Source of the DNA: Clostridia bacterium
Lineage (GTDB): Bacteria > Bacillota > Clostridia > Oscillospirales > CAG-272
NCBI GenBank assembly: GCA_017451915.1
Contig: JAFTNJ010000035.1
Location: forward strand, 6,448-70,447
Length of the DNA stretch: 64,000 nucleotides
Reading direction: 5' to 3'
The notes below the pieces were generated by a model. The model was not told the origin of the DNA and did no database searches. It saw only the letters and a list, made by a program, of their open reading frames with translations. Shown here piece by piece: positions 27,515 to 38,179 of this stretch. The position numbers and the translations under genes were made by a program. The stretch's first letter is position 1; every line of letters starts with the position of its first letter.

Positions 27515-29986
27515 ATGGCAAACCGCTTTACACAAAAAGCACAGAACGTCCTGACCCTGGCCCTGAAAAGCGCCGCGGAAATGGGACACACCTATATTGG
27601 CTCGGAGCACCTGCTGCTGGGTCTGCTCCTGGAAAAAAACGGCGTTGCCGCCCACTACCTGGCCGAGAGAAATGCCGACGAGGAAAAGATCCGTCAATCC
27701 ATTGCTCAACTGGCCGGTGTGGGCTCCCCCTCCGGGGTCAACGCCTCGGATATGACCCCGCGCACCAAAAAGATCATTGAAACCTCCTTTTACGAGTCCC
27801 AGCGTTACGGCCAGGACTACATTGGCACGGAGCATCTGCTCCTGGCCCTTTTGAACGAGCGGGATTGCGTGGCCGTCCGTATTCTGGAGAATCTGGAGAT
27901 CTCGGTCAACGAGCTGAAAAACGATCTTTCCACCTTCCTCTCGGGCACCGGCGGCGGAATGTCCGGCAATGAAAAGAATCCGCCCTCCAAGGGACGGGAA
28001 ACCGCGGCCCTCGGTCATGCACTGGATTCGGCACCGACACTGAAAAGCTTTGGGCGCGACCTGACCGCCATGGCGAAAAACGGCAAGATCGATCCCATCA
28101 TTGGACGGGACGCCGAAACCGAGCGGGTAATCCAGATCCTTTCCCGTCGCACCAAGAACAATCCCTGCCTCATCGGCGAGCCCGGCGTTGGCAAAACCGC
28201 CGTGGTGGAGGGGCTGGCACAACGCATTGTTGCCGGGAACGTCCCCGAAAATCTGCGCAACAAAACCATCGTCACCCTGGACATTGCCTCCATGATCGCG
28301 GGGGCCAAATACCGCGGCGAATTTGAGGAGCGTTTTAAAAACGTGATGTCCGAGGTGCAAAAGAATCCCGACCTCATCCTATTTATTGACGAGATCCACA
28401 CCATCATCGGTGCCGGTGCCGCCGAGGGTGCGGTAGACGCGGCCAACATCATCAAGCCTGCGCTGGCGCGGGGCGAGATGCAGGTGATTGGTGCTACTAC
28501 CCTGGCCGAATACCGCAAGCACATTGAAAAGGACGCCGCCCTGGAGCGTCGCTTCCAATCGGTGCTGGTGGGAGAGCCCTGCAAGGAGGACGCACTGCAG
28601 ATTTTGCACGGTCTGCGGGATAAGTACGAAGCCCATCACAAGCTCAAGATTTCCGACGAGGCCCTGTCCGCCGCGGTACAGCTCTCCACCCGTTATATCA
28701 CCGACCGTTTTCTTCCCGACAAGGCCATTGACCTCATCGACGAGGCGGCGTCCCGCCGCCGGATCGCGGCCTTTACCTCCCCGCCCGATCTGAAGGAGCT
28801 GGAGGAATCCATGAAATCCCTGGCCACCGAAAAGGAGGAAGCCATTGCCGAGCAGAATTTTGAACGCGCGGCAGCCCTGCGGGACGAGGAGCAACGGCTG
28901 AAAAAGGAATACGAATCCAAAAAGGCCGAATGGTCCTCCGAGCAGGACACCTCCTCCATTACGGTGCGGGCCGAGGACATTGCCGACGTGGTAACCCAGT
29001 GGACGGGGATCCCGGTGAATCAGCTCCTTGCCGAGGAGAGCGAAAAGCTCCTGCATCTGGACGAGCTTCTCAACGCCCGTGTCATTGGGCAGGAGGAGGC
29101 CGTAGCGGCCGTTTCCCGCGCCATTCGCCGCGGTCGCATGGGGCTCAAGGATCCCAAACGCCCGGTAGGCTCCTTCATCTTCATGGGTCCCACCGGTATT
29201 GGTAAGACCGAGCTGACCAAGGCGTTGGCCGACGTCATGTTTGGCGATCCCAACGCCATGATCCGTTTGGATATGTCGGAATATATGGAAAAACACAGCG
29301 TTTCCAAGCTGATCGGCTCGCCTCCCGGCTACGTGGGCTTTGAGGAGGGGGGACAGCTCACCGAAAAGATCCGTCGCAAGCCCTACTCGGTGGTGTTGTT
29401 TGACGAGATCGAAAAGGCGCACCCCGATGTGTTCAACATCCTTCTGCAGGTTCTGGAGGATGGAATTCTGACCGACTCCCAGGGACGGCGGGTGGATTTC
29501 CGAAACACCGTCATTATTCTCACCTCCAACGTGGGAGCCGGGGAGATCAGCGGTCCCAAATCCCTGGGCTTTGCGGCTGACGCCCCCGCCAACAGCGACG
29601 ACAACCGCAAGGAGCAGATGATGAAGGCTCTGCGCGGCACCTTCCGCCCGGAATTCATCAACCGTATCGACGATATCATCCTTTTCCACCCCTTAAAGCA
29701 GGAGGACATTGAAAAGATCGCCGGGCTGATGCTGGAGGAGGTCCGCCGCCGTATTGAGGCGTTGGAGATCCGGATCCATTTTGATCCCTCGGTAGCAACA
29801 CTCCTTGCCAAAAAGGGCTTTGATCCCACCTACGGTGCACGTCCTCTGCGTCGCGCGGTGGTGCGTATGGTGGAGGATGCCTTCTCTACGGAAATGCTGG
29901 AGGGACGCATTGGACGCGGTGACGAGATCACGGCAACGGTGGAAAACGAGAGCATTGTTTTCCACACCAAGTCCGAAAAATCCTGA
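27515..29986 (+). CDS. clpC: ATP-dependent Clp protease ATP-binding subunit ClpC
   Basis: Clp N-domain repeats, GEPGVGKT (NBD1), a UVR linker and [10 protein letters not shown] (NBD2). I prefer ATG 27515; TTG 27509 is possible. Confidence 0.93.
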   Translation: MANRFTQKAQNVLTLALKSAAEMGHTYIGSEHLLLGLLLEKNGVAAHYLAERNADEEKIRQSIAQLAGVGSPSGVNASDMTPRTKKIIETSFYESQRYGQDYIGTEHLLLALLNERDCVAVRILENLEISVNELKNDLSTFLSGTGGGMSGNEKNPPSKGRETAALGHALDSAPTLKSFGRDLTAMAKNGKIDPIIGRDAETERVIQILSRRTKNNPCLIGEPGVGKTAVVEGLAQRIVAGNVPENLRNKTIVTLDIASMIAGAKYRGEFEERFKNVMSEVQKNPDLILFIDEIHTIIGAGAAEGAVDAANIIKPALARGEMQVIGATTLAEYRKHIEKDAALERRFQSVLVGEPCKEDALQILHGLRDKYEAHHKLKISDEALSAAVQLSTRYITDRFLPDKAIDLIDEAASRRRIAAFTSPPDLKELEESMKSLATEKEEAIAEQNFERAAALRDEEQRLKKEYESKKAEWSSEQDTSSITVRAEDIADVVTQWTGIPVNQLLAEESEKLLHLDELLNARVIGQEEAVAAVSRAIRRGRMGLKDPKRPVGSFIFMGPTGIGKTELTKALADVMFGDPNAMIRLDMSEYMEKHSVSKLIGSPPGYVGFEEGGQLTEKIRRKPYSVVLFDEIEKAHPDVFNILLQVLEDGILTDSQGRRVDFRNTVIILTSNVGAGEISGPKSLGFAADAPANSDDNRKEQMMKALRGTFRPEFINRIDDIILFHPLKQEDIEKIAGLMLEEVRRRIEALEIRIHFDPSVATLLAKKGFDPTYGARPLRRAVVRMVEDAFSTEMLEGRIGRGDEITATVENESIVFHTKSEKS

Positions 29987-30005
29987 CCCAAATTCAAAAA
30001 AATTC

Positions 30006-30053
30006 AGGTCGTTTCAAGCCACCCTCTTGAGACGGCCTCTTTTTTTGTTTTTT
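30006..30053 (+). terminator. Intrinsic terminator of the clpC operon
   Basis: A 13-bp stem (AGGTCGTTTCAAG / CTTGAGACGGCCT, with two G-U pairs) followed by CTTTTTTTGTTTTTT. Confidence 0.8.
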
Positions 30054-30133
30054 CTCCAAAAAGCTCTTCCCAAAATTCTTTTTTTATGTTATAATGGAAA
30101 AAAGATCCCATGCGGAAAGGCGGATTGATTTTT

Positions 30134-32329
30134 ATGAAGGCAAAAGCAAAAAAGATATTGGTGTCCGCTCTCTCGGCGGTAATGATCGGTGCGCTTTTGC
30201 TGGCCGTGGGACTAAGCCTCCGTATGGAAGGAAGCACCACCGAACGCTTCTTCTCCGGAGACGCCCAAACCTACTACGAGTCCCTTCTGGACGCCGGGTT
30301 TCCCAAGGACTACGCCGTTTCCCTGACCGAGCTCCATCTGTTGCATCCCAACTGGGTCTTTCTTCCTCTGCAAATCACCCAAACCAATGAGGCATACACC
30401 TGGGACTACGTGATCAAAAAGGAAACCGAAAATCCCCTGACCAATCTCATTCCCGCCTCCCAAACCTATCAGGCATACCATCATCCTCTCAACAAGGAGC
30501 AATATGACTCCGGCTATTATCAGGCCTCGGTGGATACCGTGCGCTATTTTATGGACCCCCGCAACTTCTTGAATGAGGCCGACATCTTCCAGTTCTACGA
30601 CCTCTCCTATCAAACCACCGCCACGTTGCAGGAGATTGAAGCGGTTTTGAACGGCACGTTTATGGAAAACGGCACGTTGGAAAACGGAAGGTCCTACGCC
30701 GCCTATCTTCAGGAGGTGGGACAGGCCCTGGACCTCCATCCCGTCTACCTTGCGGCAAAAATCCGCCAGGAGCAAGGCAGCGCAGGAACCTCGGCCATTA
30801 TCTCGGGCCGTTGCGGAAGTCTTTTGGCCGATTATTACCGCAATCAGACCCAGACCAGCGAGAACGGAAAGAAGATCCTCCCCCCCTCCTCGGGCTACAC
30901 CGTGGAGCAGCTCTGCGCCCTGGACGGCTACTACAATATGTTCAACGTAAAGGCCAGCGGAACCGGGCTCTTTCAGATCTATCTGAACGCTATGAACCGC
31001 GCGGTGGACGGCACCGCGGAAATGGCCTCCGCCTGGGGTGGAAGTGCCGCCTGGAATACCCGTTGGAAATCGATCTACGGCGGCTCCTATCTTCTCAAAA
31101 AGAACTACATCGACCGCTATCAATCCACCGTTTATCTGCAAAAGTTTAACGTGGACGGCCGTGCCGCCGACCGCAACTTTTGGGGACAGTATATGCAAAA
31201 CGTGGCGGGTGCTTTGACCGAAGCCCGCTCCCTTTATTCGGCCTTTGCCGCCGTGGATGCCCTGGACAGTGCCTGCACCTTCCTGATTCCGGTGTATGAG
31301 GGTATGCCCGACGCCCCCTGCAAAGACCCTGCCAACGGCACCTGTACCCTCCTTGCACAAGCCCCGAACCGCTATTCCTACACCGTGGAGCTGACCTCGC
31401 CCGACCGTCTGCTCTCGGAGGATTCTACGGTCTATCAGACCCTCTATCCTCAAAGTGAAAAAACGCTCCGGCTTTCGGGCCGCGTGGAGCATAGCTACGG
31501 CATCCGCGTCCTGCAATACCGCCTGGACGACGGGGAATGGATCACCTTTTCCACCTCGGAAAAGCTGGATCTTTCCATTCCTATGCAATTTTTGGCGGGA
31601 AGCAAGCATATATTAACAGTACGGGGCTGGGCGAATTACGATAACGACGATCCCTCCCAAAAACAAAACCACTCCTTCCTGTGCGCGGTCTTCTATCTGG
31701 AAATGCAAACCACACAACACGAAATCGCCTTTGTGGAAAAGGATTCCTCCACAACACAGACCCATCCCAAGGGAACGCGGTTGGAGCTTCCCGACTGCGC
31801 ACTTCCCTATTTTGTAGGCTGGATCGGCTCCGACGGCTCCTTTTTGCCGGCGGGAGCGCAGATCGAGCTGACCCGGGATCTGACCTATACCGCCACCACC
31901 GCCCGTTTTTTTCTGCTTCACGGGGCGTCCCTCTCCCTAAAGGGAACCCCGCCGCAGCTGCGCTTTTCCGCAGTTCTCGCCCTGGAGGACTATCAAGCCC
32001 TGAAAAGCCAAGATCGCATCCGTCTTTTTGCCACGCTGCAGGAAGAGGGACTTTCCACCCCTGCCTCGATCAGCGACCTGCGGGAGCTTGGGGATTGGGT
32101 CAAGATCAGCGTAGACACCCCGCCGGTCACCAACTTTGAAGCGCTTTACTCCGCCGCGTTCTCCATAGAAGTGCGATACAGCAACGGCGAGAAGCAAACC
32201 CTTTGTGCCGCGGGAGAGCCCTGCGACCGCTCGGTGGAGCTGGTGGCAACCGCTGCGCTGAACGATGCCTCCGTCGCTTATTCCCAGCAAACGCTGACCT
32301 ACTTACGCGACCTCCTCTCCACACAATAA
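30134..32329 (+). CDS. Secreted cell-wall hydrolase, glucosaminidase-like N-terminal domain plus C-terminal beta-rich domains
   Basis: MKAKAKKILVSALSAVMIGALLL signal/anchor. YLAAKIRQEQGS resembles the glucosaminidase (GH73-like) core. Function is tentative. Confidence 0.55.
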   Translation: MKAKAKKILVSALSAVMIGALLLAVGLSLRMEGSTTERFFSGDAQTYYESLLDAGFPKDYAVSLTELHLLHPNWVFLPLQITQTNEAYTWDYVIKKETENPLTNLIPASQTYQAYHHPLNKEQYDSGYYQASVDTVRYFMDPRNFLNEADIFQFYDLSYQTTATLQEIEAVLNGTFMENGTLENGRSYAAYLQEVGQALDLHPVYLAAKIRQEQGSAGTSAIISGRCGSLLADYYRNQTQTSENGKKILPPSSGYTVEQLCALDGYYNMFNVKASGTGLFQIYLNAMNRAVDGTAEMASAWGGSAAWNTRWKSIYGGSYLLKKNYIDRYQSTVYLQKFNVDGRAADRNFWGQYMQNVAGALTEARSLYSAFAAVDALDSACTFLIPVYEGMPDAPCKDPANGTCTLLAQAPNRYSYTVELTSPDRLLSEDSTVYQTLYPQSEKTLRLSGRVEHSYGIRVLQYRLDDGEWITFSTSEKLDLSIPMQFLAGSKHILTVRGWANYDNDDPSQKQNHSFLCAVFYLEMQTTQHEIAFVEKDSSTTQTHPKGTRLELPDCALPYFVGWIGSDGSFLPAGAQIELTRDLTYTATTARFFLLHGASLSLKGTPPQLRFSAVLALEDYQALKSQDRIRLFATLQEEGLSTPASISDLRELGDWVKISVDTPPVTNFEALYSAAFSIEVRYSNGEKQTLCAAGEPCDRSVELVATAALNDASVAYSQQTLTYLRDLLSTQ

Positions 32330-32355
32330 GAACAGAAAGGATCCTTTGCCCACCT

Positions 32356-33198
32356 ATGAAAACCCTTGGATATTACAACGGCACGGTTGACGAGCTGGAA
32401 AAAATTCAAGTTCCCATGCTGGATCGCGCCTGCTACTTTGGCGACGGCGTTTACGACGTTACCTACTGTCGAAACTACTGCATCTACGAGCTGGAAGAGC
32501 ACGTTGACCGCATCTTTCAGAGCGCAAAGCTCCTGGAGATTACTCCGCGCCTGACCAAGGCCGAGCTCTGCGAGCTTTTGAAATCCCTGGTAAAACAACT
32601 GGATTCGCCCAACCAATGGGTGTATTTTCAATTCTCCAGAGGCACGGGGATCCGCTCCCACGCCTTCCCGGAAGAGGATCGGTCCAATCTTTGGATCATG
32701 CTCAAGCCCGGAGAGATCAAGGATACCTACGCTCCCCTTCGTTGCATCACCGCCGCGGATACGCGGTTTTACCACTGCAATATCAAATCCCTCAATCTGC
32801 TCCCCAACGTGCTTGCCACCCAGGCCACGGTACGCGCAGGTGTGGACGAATGCATTTTGCACCGTGACCAAACCGTTACCGAATGTGCCCACTCCAACAT
32901 CTCCATTCTGAAGAACGGCAAGCTGATCACCCATCCCGCCAACGAGCTGATTCTGGCCGGCACCGGTCGGGCGCACCTGATGGCCTGCTGCAAGGCGCAA
33001 GGGATCCCCGTAGAGGAAACGCCCTATTCCCTCTCCCAGCTGATGGAAGCCGACGAGATCCTGATCACCTCGGCCTCGGCCCTTTGTATGCGCGTGGTGG
33101 AGGTAGACGGTGTTGCCGTGGGTGGAAAGGCCGCCTATACCGTAAAGCAACTCCAGGACGCGCTGCTGGCAGATTACCTGGAGAAAACCCAAGGATGA
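32356..33198 (+). CDS. dat: Class IV aminotransferase, D-amino-acid (D-alanine) transaminase-like
   Basis: 280 aa starting at ATG 32356 (MKTLGYYNG...). FGDGVYD and the overall layout resemble Dat. The ORF-track start 32203 runs into the previous gene. Confidence 0.7.
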   Translation: MKTLGYYNGTVDELEKIQVPMLDRACYFGDGVYDVTYCRNYCIYELEEHVDRIFQSAKLLEITPRLTKAELCELLKSLVKQLDSPNQWVYFQFSRGTGIRSHAFPEEDRSNLWIMLKPGEIKDTYAPLRCITAADTRFYHCNIKSLNLLPNVLATQATVRAGVDECILHRDQTVTECAHSNISILKNGKLITHPANELILAGTGRAHLMACCKAQGIPVEETPYSLSQLMEADEILITSASALCMRVVEVDGVAVGGKAAYTVKQLQDALLADYLEKTQG

Positions 33199-33207
33199 TA
33201 TCGTTAC

Positions 33208-33246
33208 AAAAAAAGAGTCGATAGAACCTCTATCGACTCTTTTTTA
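33208..33246. terminator. Bidirectional terminator between dat-like and plsC-like genes
   Basis: AGAGTCGATAG-AACCT-CTATCGACTCT flanked by A7 and T6 runs. Confidence 0.8.
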
Positions 33247-33252
33247 TTCGGA

Positions 33253-34056
33253 TTATTCTTCGCCCAGATCCTTTGCGATCACGCTTCGAACATGATTACA
33301 GAGCTCCTCCATGGAGCGCTCTTTCACTGCCTCGGGAGGCAAAACCTCCAGCACCGTCAGCTCGATCCTTGTGGAACGCCACGGGAAGCGGCGAAAGACC
33401 TTTTCGGTCCCCTTGGTAGACATGACCACAATGGGAGCGTTGGCGCGTTTGGCCAAAAGAAAGGCTCCGGTTTTGAATTCCAGGAGCCGTCCGGTGCGGC
33501 TTCGGGTTCCCTCGGGGTAAATGCCCATATCCATCCCCGTGCGTTGCATCACCTCGGCGGCATGCTTCAACGTGCGGAGAGCGCGCATACCGTTGTTTCG
33601 GTCAATGGCATGAAAGCCCGCATGGTGAATGAAGGGGCCTACGATGGGGATCTTCATATTGGATTCCTTGGAAATAAACGCCAGAGGACGGTGCTTCAAC
33701 GCCGCCAACGTGGCAATGGGGTCCATGGCCGAGCGATGGTTGCTCACCAGAACACAGGAGCCTGTGGGCAGCTGTTCGGCTCCGTGCAGAGTGATGCGAC
33801 AGCGCAGAAGCCGTGTCAAGCAATCCATGGTAATAACCACAAAGAACCGACAAAGCTTTTTGGGCTGCTCCACCGGCTTTTTGACCGAGAGAAAGGCCGA
33901 GGCCGCGAGAAGTCCCAACAAATAAAGCAGGATCCACGCCACAAAAAAGCCGAGCTGGATCGGCAGGATCCACCAAAAAGAAAGCGCTCCCGCAAGCGCA
34001 TAGACCGCCACCGTGGATCCCACGGAGGCCAGCCAGAACAGAACCGTTAAAACCAT
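33253..34056 (-). CDS. plsC: 1-acyl-sn-glycerol-3-phosphate acyltransferase family protein
   Basis: NHRSAMD (HX4D) and YPEGTRS motifs, with N-terminal TM segments. Confidence 0.8.
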   Translation of the reverse strand: MVLTVLFWLASVGSTVAVYALAGALSFWWILPIQLGFFVAWILLYLLGLLAASAFLSVKKPVEQPKKLCRFFVVITMDCLTRLLRCRITLHGAEQLPTGSCVLVSNHRSAMDPIATLAALKHRPLAFISKESNMKIPIVGPFIHHAGFHAIDRNNGMRALRTLKHAAEVMQRTGMDMGIYPEGTRSRTGRLLEFKTGAFLLAKRANAPIVVMSTKGTEKVFRRFPWRSTRIELTVLEVLPPEAVKERSMEELCNHVRSVIAKDLGEE

Positions 34057-34090
34057 AAAAATGCTCCTTTTGAATCATCTGAACGCCATT

Positions 34091-34119
34091 ATTGTATCAT
34101 AAAAGCGAAAAAAAGTCAA
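34091..34119 (-). promoter_or_regulatory. Promoter TTGACT-17-TACAAT of the plsC-like gene
   Basis: On the minus strand, TTGACT is at 34119-34114 and TACAAT at 34096-34091. Confidence 0.65.
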
Positions 34120-34143
34120 TCGGCAACCAAAAAACAGGCAAAA

Positions 34144-35655
34144 TCAATTTCGATTTTCCTCGATCCGCGTCAGGATCTGCGAGATTGCCGCAGGAATCTT
34201 GGCCACGGTGTCCGACGCCACCATACTGATGGGGTTGCTCTCCGCCTGCGCCAATTCTCCGGCAAGGCCGGCGATATAAGCACCGCAGGCCGCGGTCAGT
34301 GGCGTTGCCGAGGCGAATCCCAACAGTCCTGCCAGGATCCCCGAGAGCACGTCGCCGCTCCCTGCGGTTGCCATGCCGGAGCAGCCGCGGGAAACCAGCA
34401 AAACCTCCTCACCGTCGGTGACCACGGTGCAGGGTCCCTTGAGCAGGAGCACCACGCCCATCTCCTTGGCGTACGCCTTGGCGCAACCAATGGGATCCTC
34501 TTGGATCTCCTTCATGGAATAGCGACTCAATCGCTCGAATTCCTTGAGGTGCGGGGTCAGGATCACCGCACAATCGGTGGTTTTCAAAATGGATGGATCC
34601 ATTTCGGCCAAGGTATTCAAACCGTCGGCATCGATCACCAGGGAAATGGCATAGGAGCGCAGAATGTGCTCCAGGATCTGCGGATACGCCGCAGATCGTC
34701 CCCAGCCCATTCCAACGGCAAGCGCTCTTTGCTTGGAAAGCACCGCGTCCAAGGCCTTGGGCGAAAAGAGCATCCGTCCTTCCCCATCGCTTGGCAGACA
34801 CGCCATCGTACTCTCCAGCAGATAGGGAGATACGCTATTTTGAATTGCGTCGGGCAGGATCACCTGGGCCACGCCGCAGCCTGCGCGCAATGCGGCACAG
34901 CTGAGATTGGCCAGCTTAACGGCCCCGGAATAGGAGGTACAGCCCCCCAGAACCGAAACGTAGCCGTAATCCCCCTTGTGGGAATTCTGACGGCGGGGCT
35001 TCAATACCTCTCCCAGATCCTCCGGCTCCACCAAGAAGGCGGCCGAGCCGTAGAGATCGATGCCAATGTCCCGGTTTATCACGCGGCGCATCACATCCTT
35101 GGCGTCGTTCAAAAAATGTCCCGTCTTATAATATCCAATGGAAACCGTCAGATCCGAATGGACGCAAAGGGGCGAGCGTCCGCTGTTGCCGCAAAGACCG
35201 CTGTTGATATCCACGGAGATCACGGTCTTTCCGCTTTGATTGATGGCGCGGATCACGTCGGCCACATCCCCTCGCACCTCACCCGCAAAGCCGGTGCCGA
35301 GAATACAGTCCACGATCTCGCAAAAGTCCCCAAAGGACTCCCGAGGCGTCCAGGAACGGATCTCAATCCCCTTTTTGCGGCAATCCTCATAATAAAACGC
35401 GCCGTCCTCGGAAAAACGGTCCGAGAGCAGAAATACCACCGCGGGGATCTTCCGCTCCCAAAGCAATCCCGCCAGCACGTAGCCGTCGCCGCCGTTGTTT
35501 CCGCTTCCGCAAACGATGGCAACCGGCCCCTTCCAGTCGTAGCTTTCCAGGATCCCCTGTCCCGCGCGTCGCATCAGCTCGCGCCCGGAAATTCCGCTTT
35601 GAATGGTTCTTTCATCGCTGTGGCGCATAGTCTCAACACTTACAACCTTTTGCAA
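34144..35655 (-). CDS. nnr: Bifunctional NAD(P)H-hydrate epimerase / ADP-dependent dehydratase
   Basis: GSGNNGGDG (YjeF-N) and GSGDVLSG (carbohydrate-kinase C-domain). The start must lie downstream of the promoter at 35678-35706. I chose TTG 35655, which is 9 nt after AAGGAG; TTG 35664 and ATG 35628 are alternatives. The 634-aa ORF-track call is over-extended. Confidence 0.85.
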   Translation of the reverse strand: MQKVVSVETMRHSDERTIQSGISGRELMRRAGQGILESYDWKGPVAIVCGSGNNGGDGYVLAGLLWERKIPAVVFLLSDRFSEDGAFYYEDCRKKGIEIRSWTPRESFGDFCEIVDCILGTGFAGEVRGDVADVIRAINQSGKTVISVDINSGLCGNSGRSPLCVHSDLTVSIGYYKTGHFLNDAKDVMRRVINRDIGIDLYGSAAFLVEPEDLGEVLKPRRQNSHKGDYGYVSVLGGCTSYSGAVKLANLSCAALRAGCGVAQVILPDAIQNSVSPYLLESTMACLPSDGEGRMLFSPKALDAVLSKQRALAVGMGWGRSAAYPQILEHILRSYAISLVIDADGLNTLAEMDPSILKTTDCAVILTPHLKEFERLSRYSMKEIQEDPIGCAKAYAKEMGVVLLLKGPCTVVTDGEEVLLVSRGCSGMATAGSGDVLSGILAGLLGFASATPLTAACGAYIAGLAGELAQAESNPISMVASDTVAKIPAAISQILTRIEENRN

Positions 35656-35677
35656 CCTGATCAACTCCTTTGCTCCT

Positions 35678-35706
35678 ATTATACAACAGATCCCGCACCC
35701 TGTCAA
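35678..35706 (-). promoter_or_regulatory. Consensus promoter TTGACA-17-TATAAT of nnr
   Basis: On the minus strand, TTGACA is at 35706-35701 and TATAAT at 35683-35678. It lies inside the over-extended ORF-track reading frame. Confidence 0.7.
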
Positions 35707-35811
35707 TGAAATTACCATATTTTTGGGGGTTCCATTTTCCGAAAAAATGATTATAATAAGAATAAGAGGACATTGCTTCCGTCCAAAAAAAGAAAGGAGT
35801 AGCCTTTTTGC

Positions 35812-36471
35812 ATGGAACTGATACGTATCAGCAGCAGCAAACTCAAAATTATGCTGACCCCTACGGATATGTGTCACTTTGAGCTGAACAACGATTGCAT
35901 TGGCGACGACAACGAAAAAACGCGCCGCGCCTTCCGCCATCTGATGACCGAGATCAAAAAGCAGACCGGCTTTGATGCGGACGATAACCATATTTCCATA
36001 CAGTATTTTCCCTCCCGCGAAGGAGGCTGCGAAATGTTTATTACTCACCTCCCCGCGTTGCCCCCGGCCACGGCCGAGCGCATCAACGAAGGGACCGATG
36101 CCCGTGCCGGGGAGCGGGGAAAGGCGCCGCCCCAGCGCGGCCCCTCCGGAGCCCTTGCCAAGCGTGGAATCAACGCCTTCCAGCGGGATTTTGCCTATCG
36201 GTTTGACGCCGTGGAGGATCTGCTCTCGGTCTGCCGACGCCTCCTGGATCTGGATTACATCGGCGCCTCCCAGGCCTTTCGGGATGAGAGGAAAAGCTAT
36301 TATCTTCTCCTCTCCCTGCTCTGCGCCTCCCCCTTTTCCCTGCCGGAGGAGCTGGGCTTTATCAACGAGTACGGTATGCCGGAAAACGCCGCCATGCTAA
36401 AGCTCTATCTCAAGGAGCACGGAACTCTGCTCTGCGCCTCCAATGCCGTTTCCATTCTCGCAGACCTGTGA
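35812..36471 (+). CDS. mecA: MecA-like Clp adaptor protein
   Basis: N-terminus MELIRISSSKLKIMLTPTDMCHFEL, an Ala/Pro/Gly-rich linker and a C-terminal YYLLLSL...YLKEHG region resembling MecA. Confidence 0.6.
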   Translation: MELIRISSSKLKIMLTPTDMCHFELNNDCIGDDNEKTRRAFRHLMTEIKKQTGFDADDNHISIQYFPSREGGCEMFITHLPALPPATAERINEGTDARAGERGKAPPQRGPSGALAKRGINAFQRDFAYRFDAVEDLLSVCRRLLDLDYIGASQAFRDERKSYYLLLSLLCASPFSLPEELGFINEYGMPENAAMLKLYLKEHGTLLCASNAVSILADL

Positions 36472-36479
36472 TCTTCATA

Positions 36480-36516
36480 AAAAAAGCACTCTTCAAGGTT
36501 GAAGAGTGCTTTTTTT
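36480..36516. terminator. Bidirectional terminator
   Basis: AGCACTCTTC-AAGGTT-GAAGAGTGCT flanked by A5 and T6 runs, between convergent genes. Confidence 0.8.
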
Positions 36517-36517
36517 A

Positions 36518-38019
36518 TCAGTTCCACTTACTGAACAGCTCGTTCAGAGTCTTTACGTGGTATTCTGCCATGCTACGCTGGCTGTTCCACCAGGTAGTAA
36601 AATTGTGTCCGGAATGAGAAACCAAGTAGTATCCGGGCATACCCACGGGAGAGCCCCAATAGGATGCCATATCGTACACGCGCCCTTCCTTGATCATATC
36701 CATGATCGCATAGCTTTGCGGATCCTGGGAAAATTTCAGCTTCAGGATCTGCTCATAGTAAACCGGGACCACCGAGCGATAGCCCTCGGCACACAGGGCC
36801 TCCAAGACCGCGCCAAGGAATTCCAGGCGTTCCTCGCTCTTTCCCATGGGAATACCAATCTGGTTTGCGCCCGCGTCTACCCAGGAGTGGTAGCCGTCTA
36901 CCGTGTCGTCCCACTTGGGCCACGGGATCACGCCGTAATCCAACATTCCCTCCTGGATCAGAGTAGAGATCTCATAGGTACGCAGATCCATAAACAGGAG
37001 ATTTCCCTGGGCAAAGAGACGGCGCAGCTGGATCAGTTGGACCGAGGAGGTGAATTCTTCAAAGATGTCACAGTTGTCCTGCTCCATGAATTCAAAGAAT
37101 TTTGCAAAAATGGTTTCATTGCGCTCGTTATAAAGGGTCAGCGAAAAGGTGCTACCGTCGTTGTGGGAGACCTTTCCTCCGCCGGAATACAGAACATTGA
37201 TGGGACCACAGTACTTATCGGTTACATAGCCCATAATATCCCCGTCCTCCAGGACCAGCTTGCTGTCACCGTTTTTGTCGGCACTGGCCTGTTTTACCAT
37301 GCTTGAAAAAAGTTCAAAGGTCCAATCCTCGGTCAATACCGCGCCGTAGGGCTCCTCCAGGCCGAGATCCTTGCAAAGCGTTTTATTAAACACCATGGAG
37401 TCGGTGTGCCCCAGGAGCTGATAGCTGATATCACCGCCAATAAAGAACATCTTGCCGTTGATCTCAAAATCCTCGATCATATTCTGATCCCAATACTTCT
37501 TGGTGAGGTCAAGATGGGGACGGTGTTCAGATCCAGCATCAGCGATCCCTGGGCGTATTTGCTCAGAGAGTGTCCGTGATTGATGATCAGATCCCAATCG
37601 CAGGCACCGCTTTGGATCGTGGCAAACAGAGAAATATCGTAGTTATCGCTGGGAGAACGCCCAATCGTGTAGTAAATGCCGCCAAATCGCTCGGATACCG
37701 CCTCGTTCCGCTGATATACGGCGCGGTCCACGAAGGAGGTTGCAGTATCATAGGATTCAACGTACTGGTCGGAAATAAAGAAATCGTTATTCCGCATATG
37801 GATCTTCAGCTCATATCCGGAAAAATTCAGCTCGGGGAGATCTTCCACGTATGCGGGATCCTCGGTAGCAACCGTGGTTGCCTCCGTAGAGGTCACCGGA
37901 GCATTGGTGGTTGCAGACGGAACGTTGGTTCCTCCGCCACATGCAATCAGGGTACCAAAAAGCATACCAAGAAAAAGAAGAAGGCACAAAATGCGTGATA
38001 TACGACTGTTTTTTCTCAT
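36518..38019 (-). pseudogene. Extracellular solute-binding lipoprotein (CUT1 sugar-ABC type) split by a 1-nt frameshift
   Basis: The N-terminal ORF 37477-38019 (lipobox LIACG) and the C-terminal ORF 36518-37597 are contiguous parts of one SBP. The frames join at the G4 run 37516-37519: adding one base gives ...LNTVPHLDLTKKYWDQN... Confidence 0.8.
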
Positions 38020-38053
38020 GGGAACGCTCCTTTTTTTATTTTTTTACGGTTTC

Positions 38054-38082
38054 ATTTTACCATGCTTTCAATTTCTTGTCAA
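38054..38082 (-). promoter_or_regulatory. Promoter TTGACA-17-TAAAAT of the frameshifted SBP gene
   Basis: On the minus strand, TTGACA is at 38082-38077 and TAAAAT at 38059-38054 with an upstream TG. An AAAGGAG RBS precedes ATG 38019. Confidence 0.65.
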
Positions 38083-38179
38083 TCAAAAAAGATAAAATCA
38101 CCGAAAATATCCTATTCTTTAGAAAAAAGCCCCCTCTTTTTTTCGTTTTGAAAGAGTTTTTTGAATTGGCTCGACGTAA

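Noticed and set aside
35656-36048. 131-codon N-terminal extension of nnr in the ORF track (634 aa)
   Set aside because: It contains a perfect TTGACA-17-TATAAT promoter (35678-35706) for nnr itself. It also overlaps the start of the divergent mecA-like gene. The homologous region begins near VVSVETMRHSDERT.
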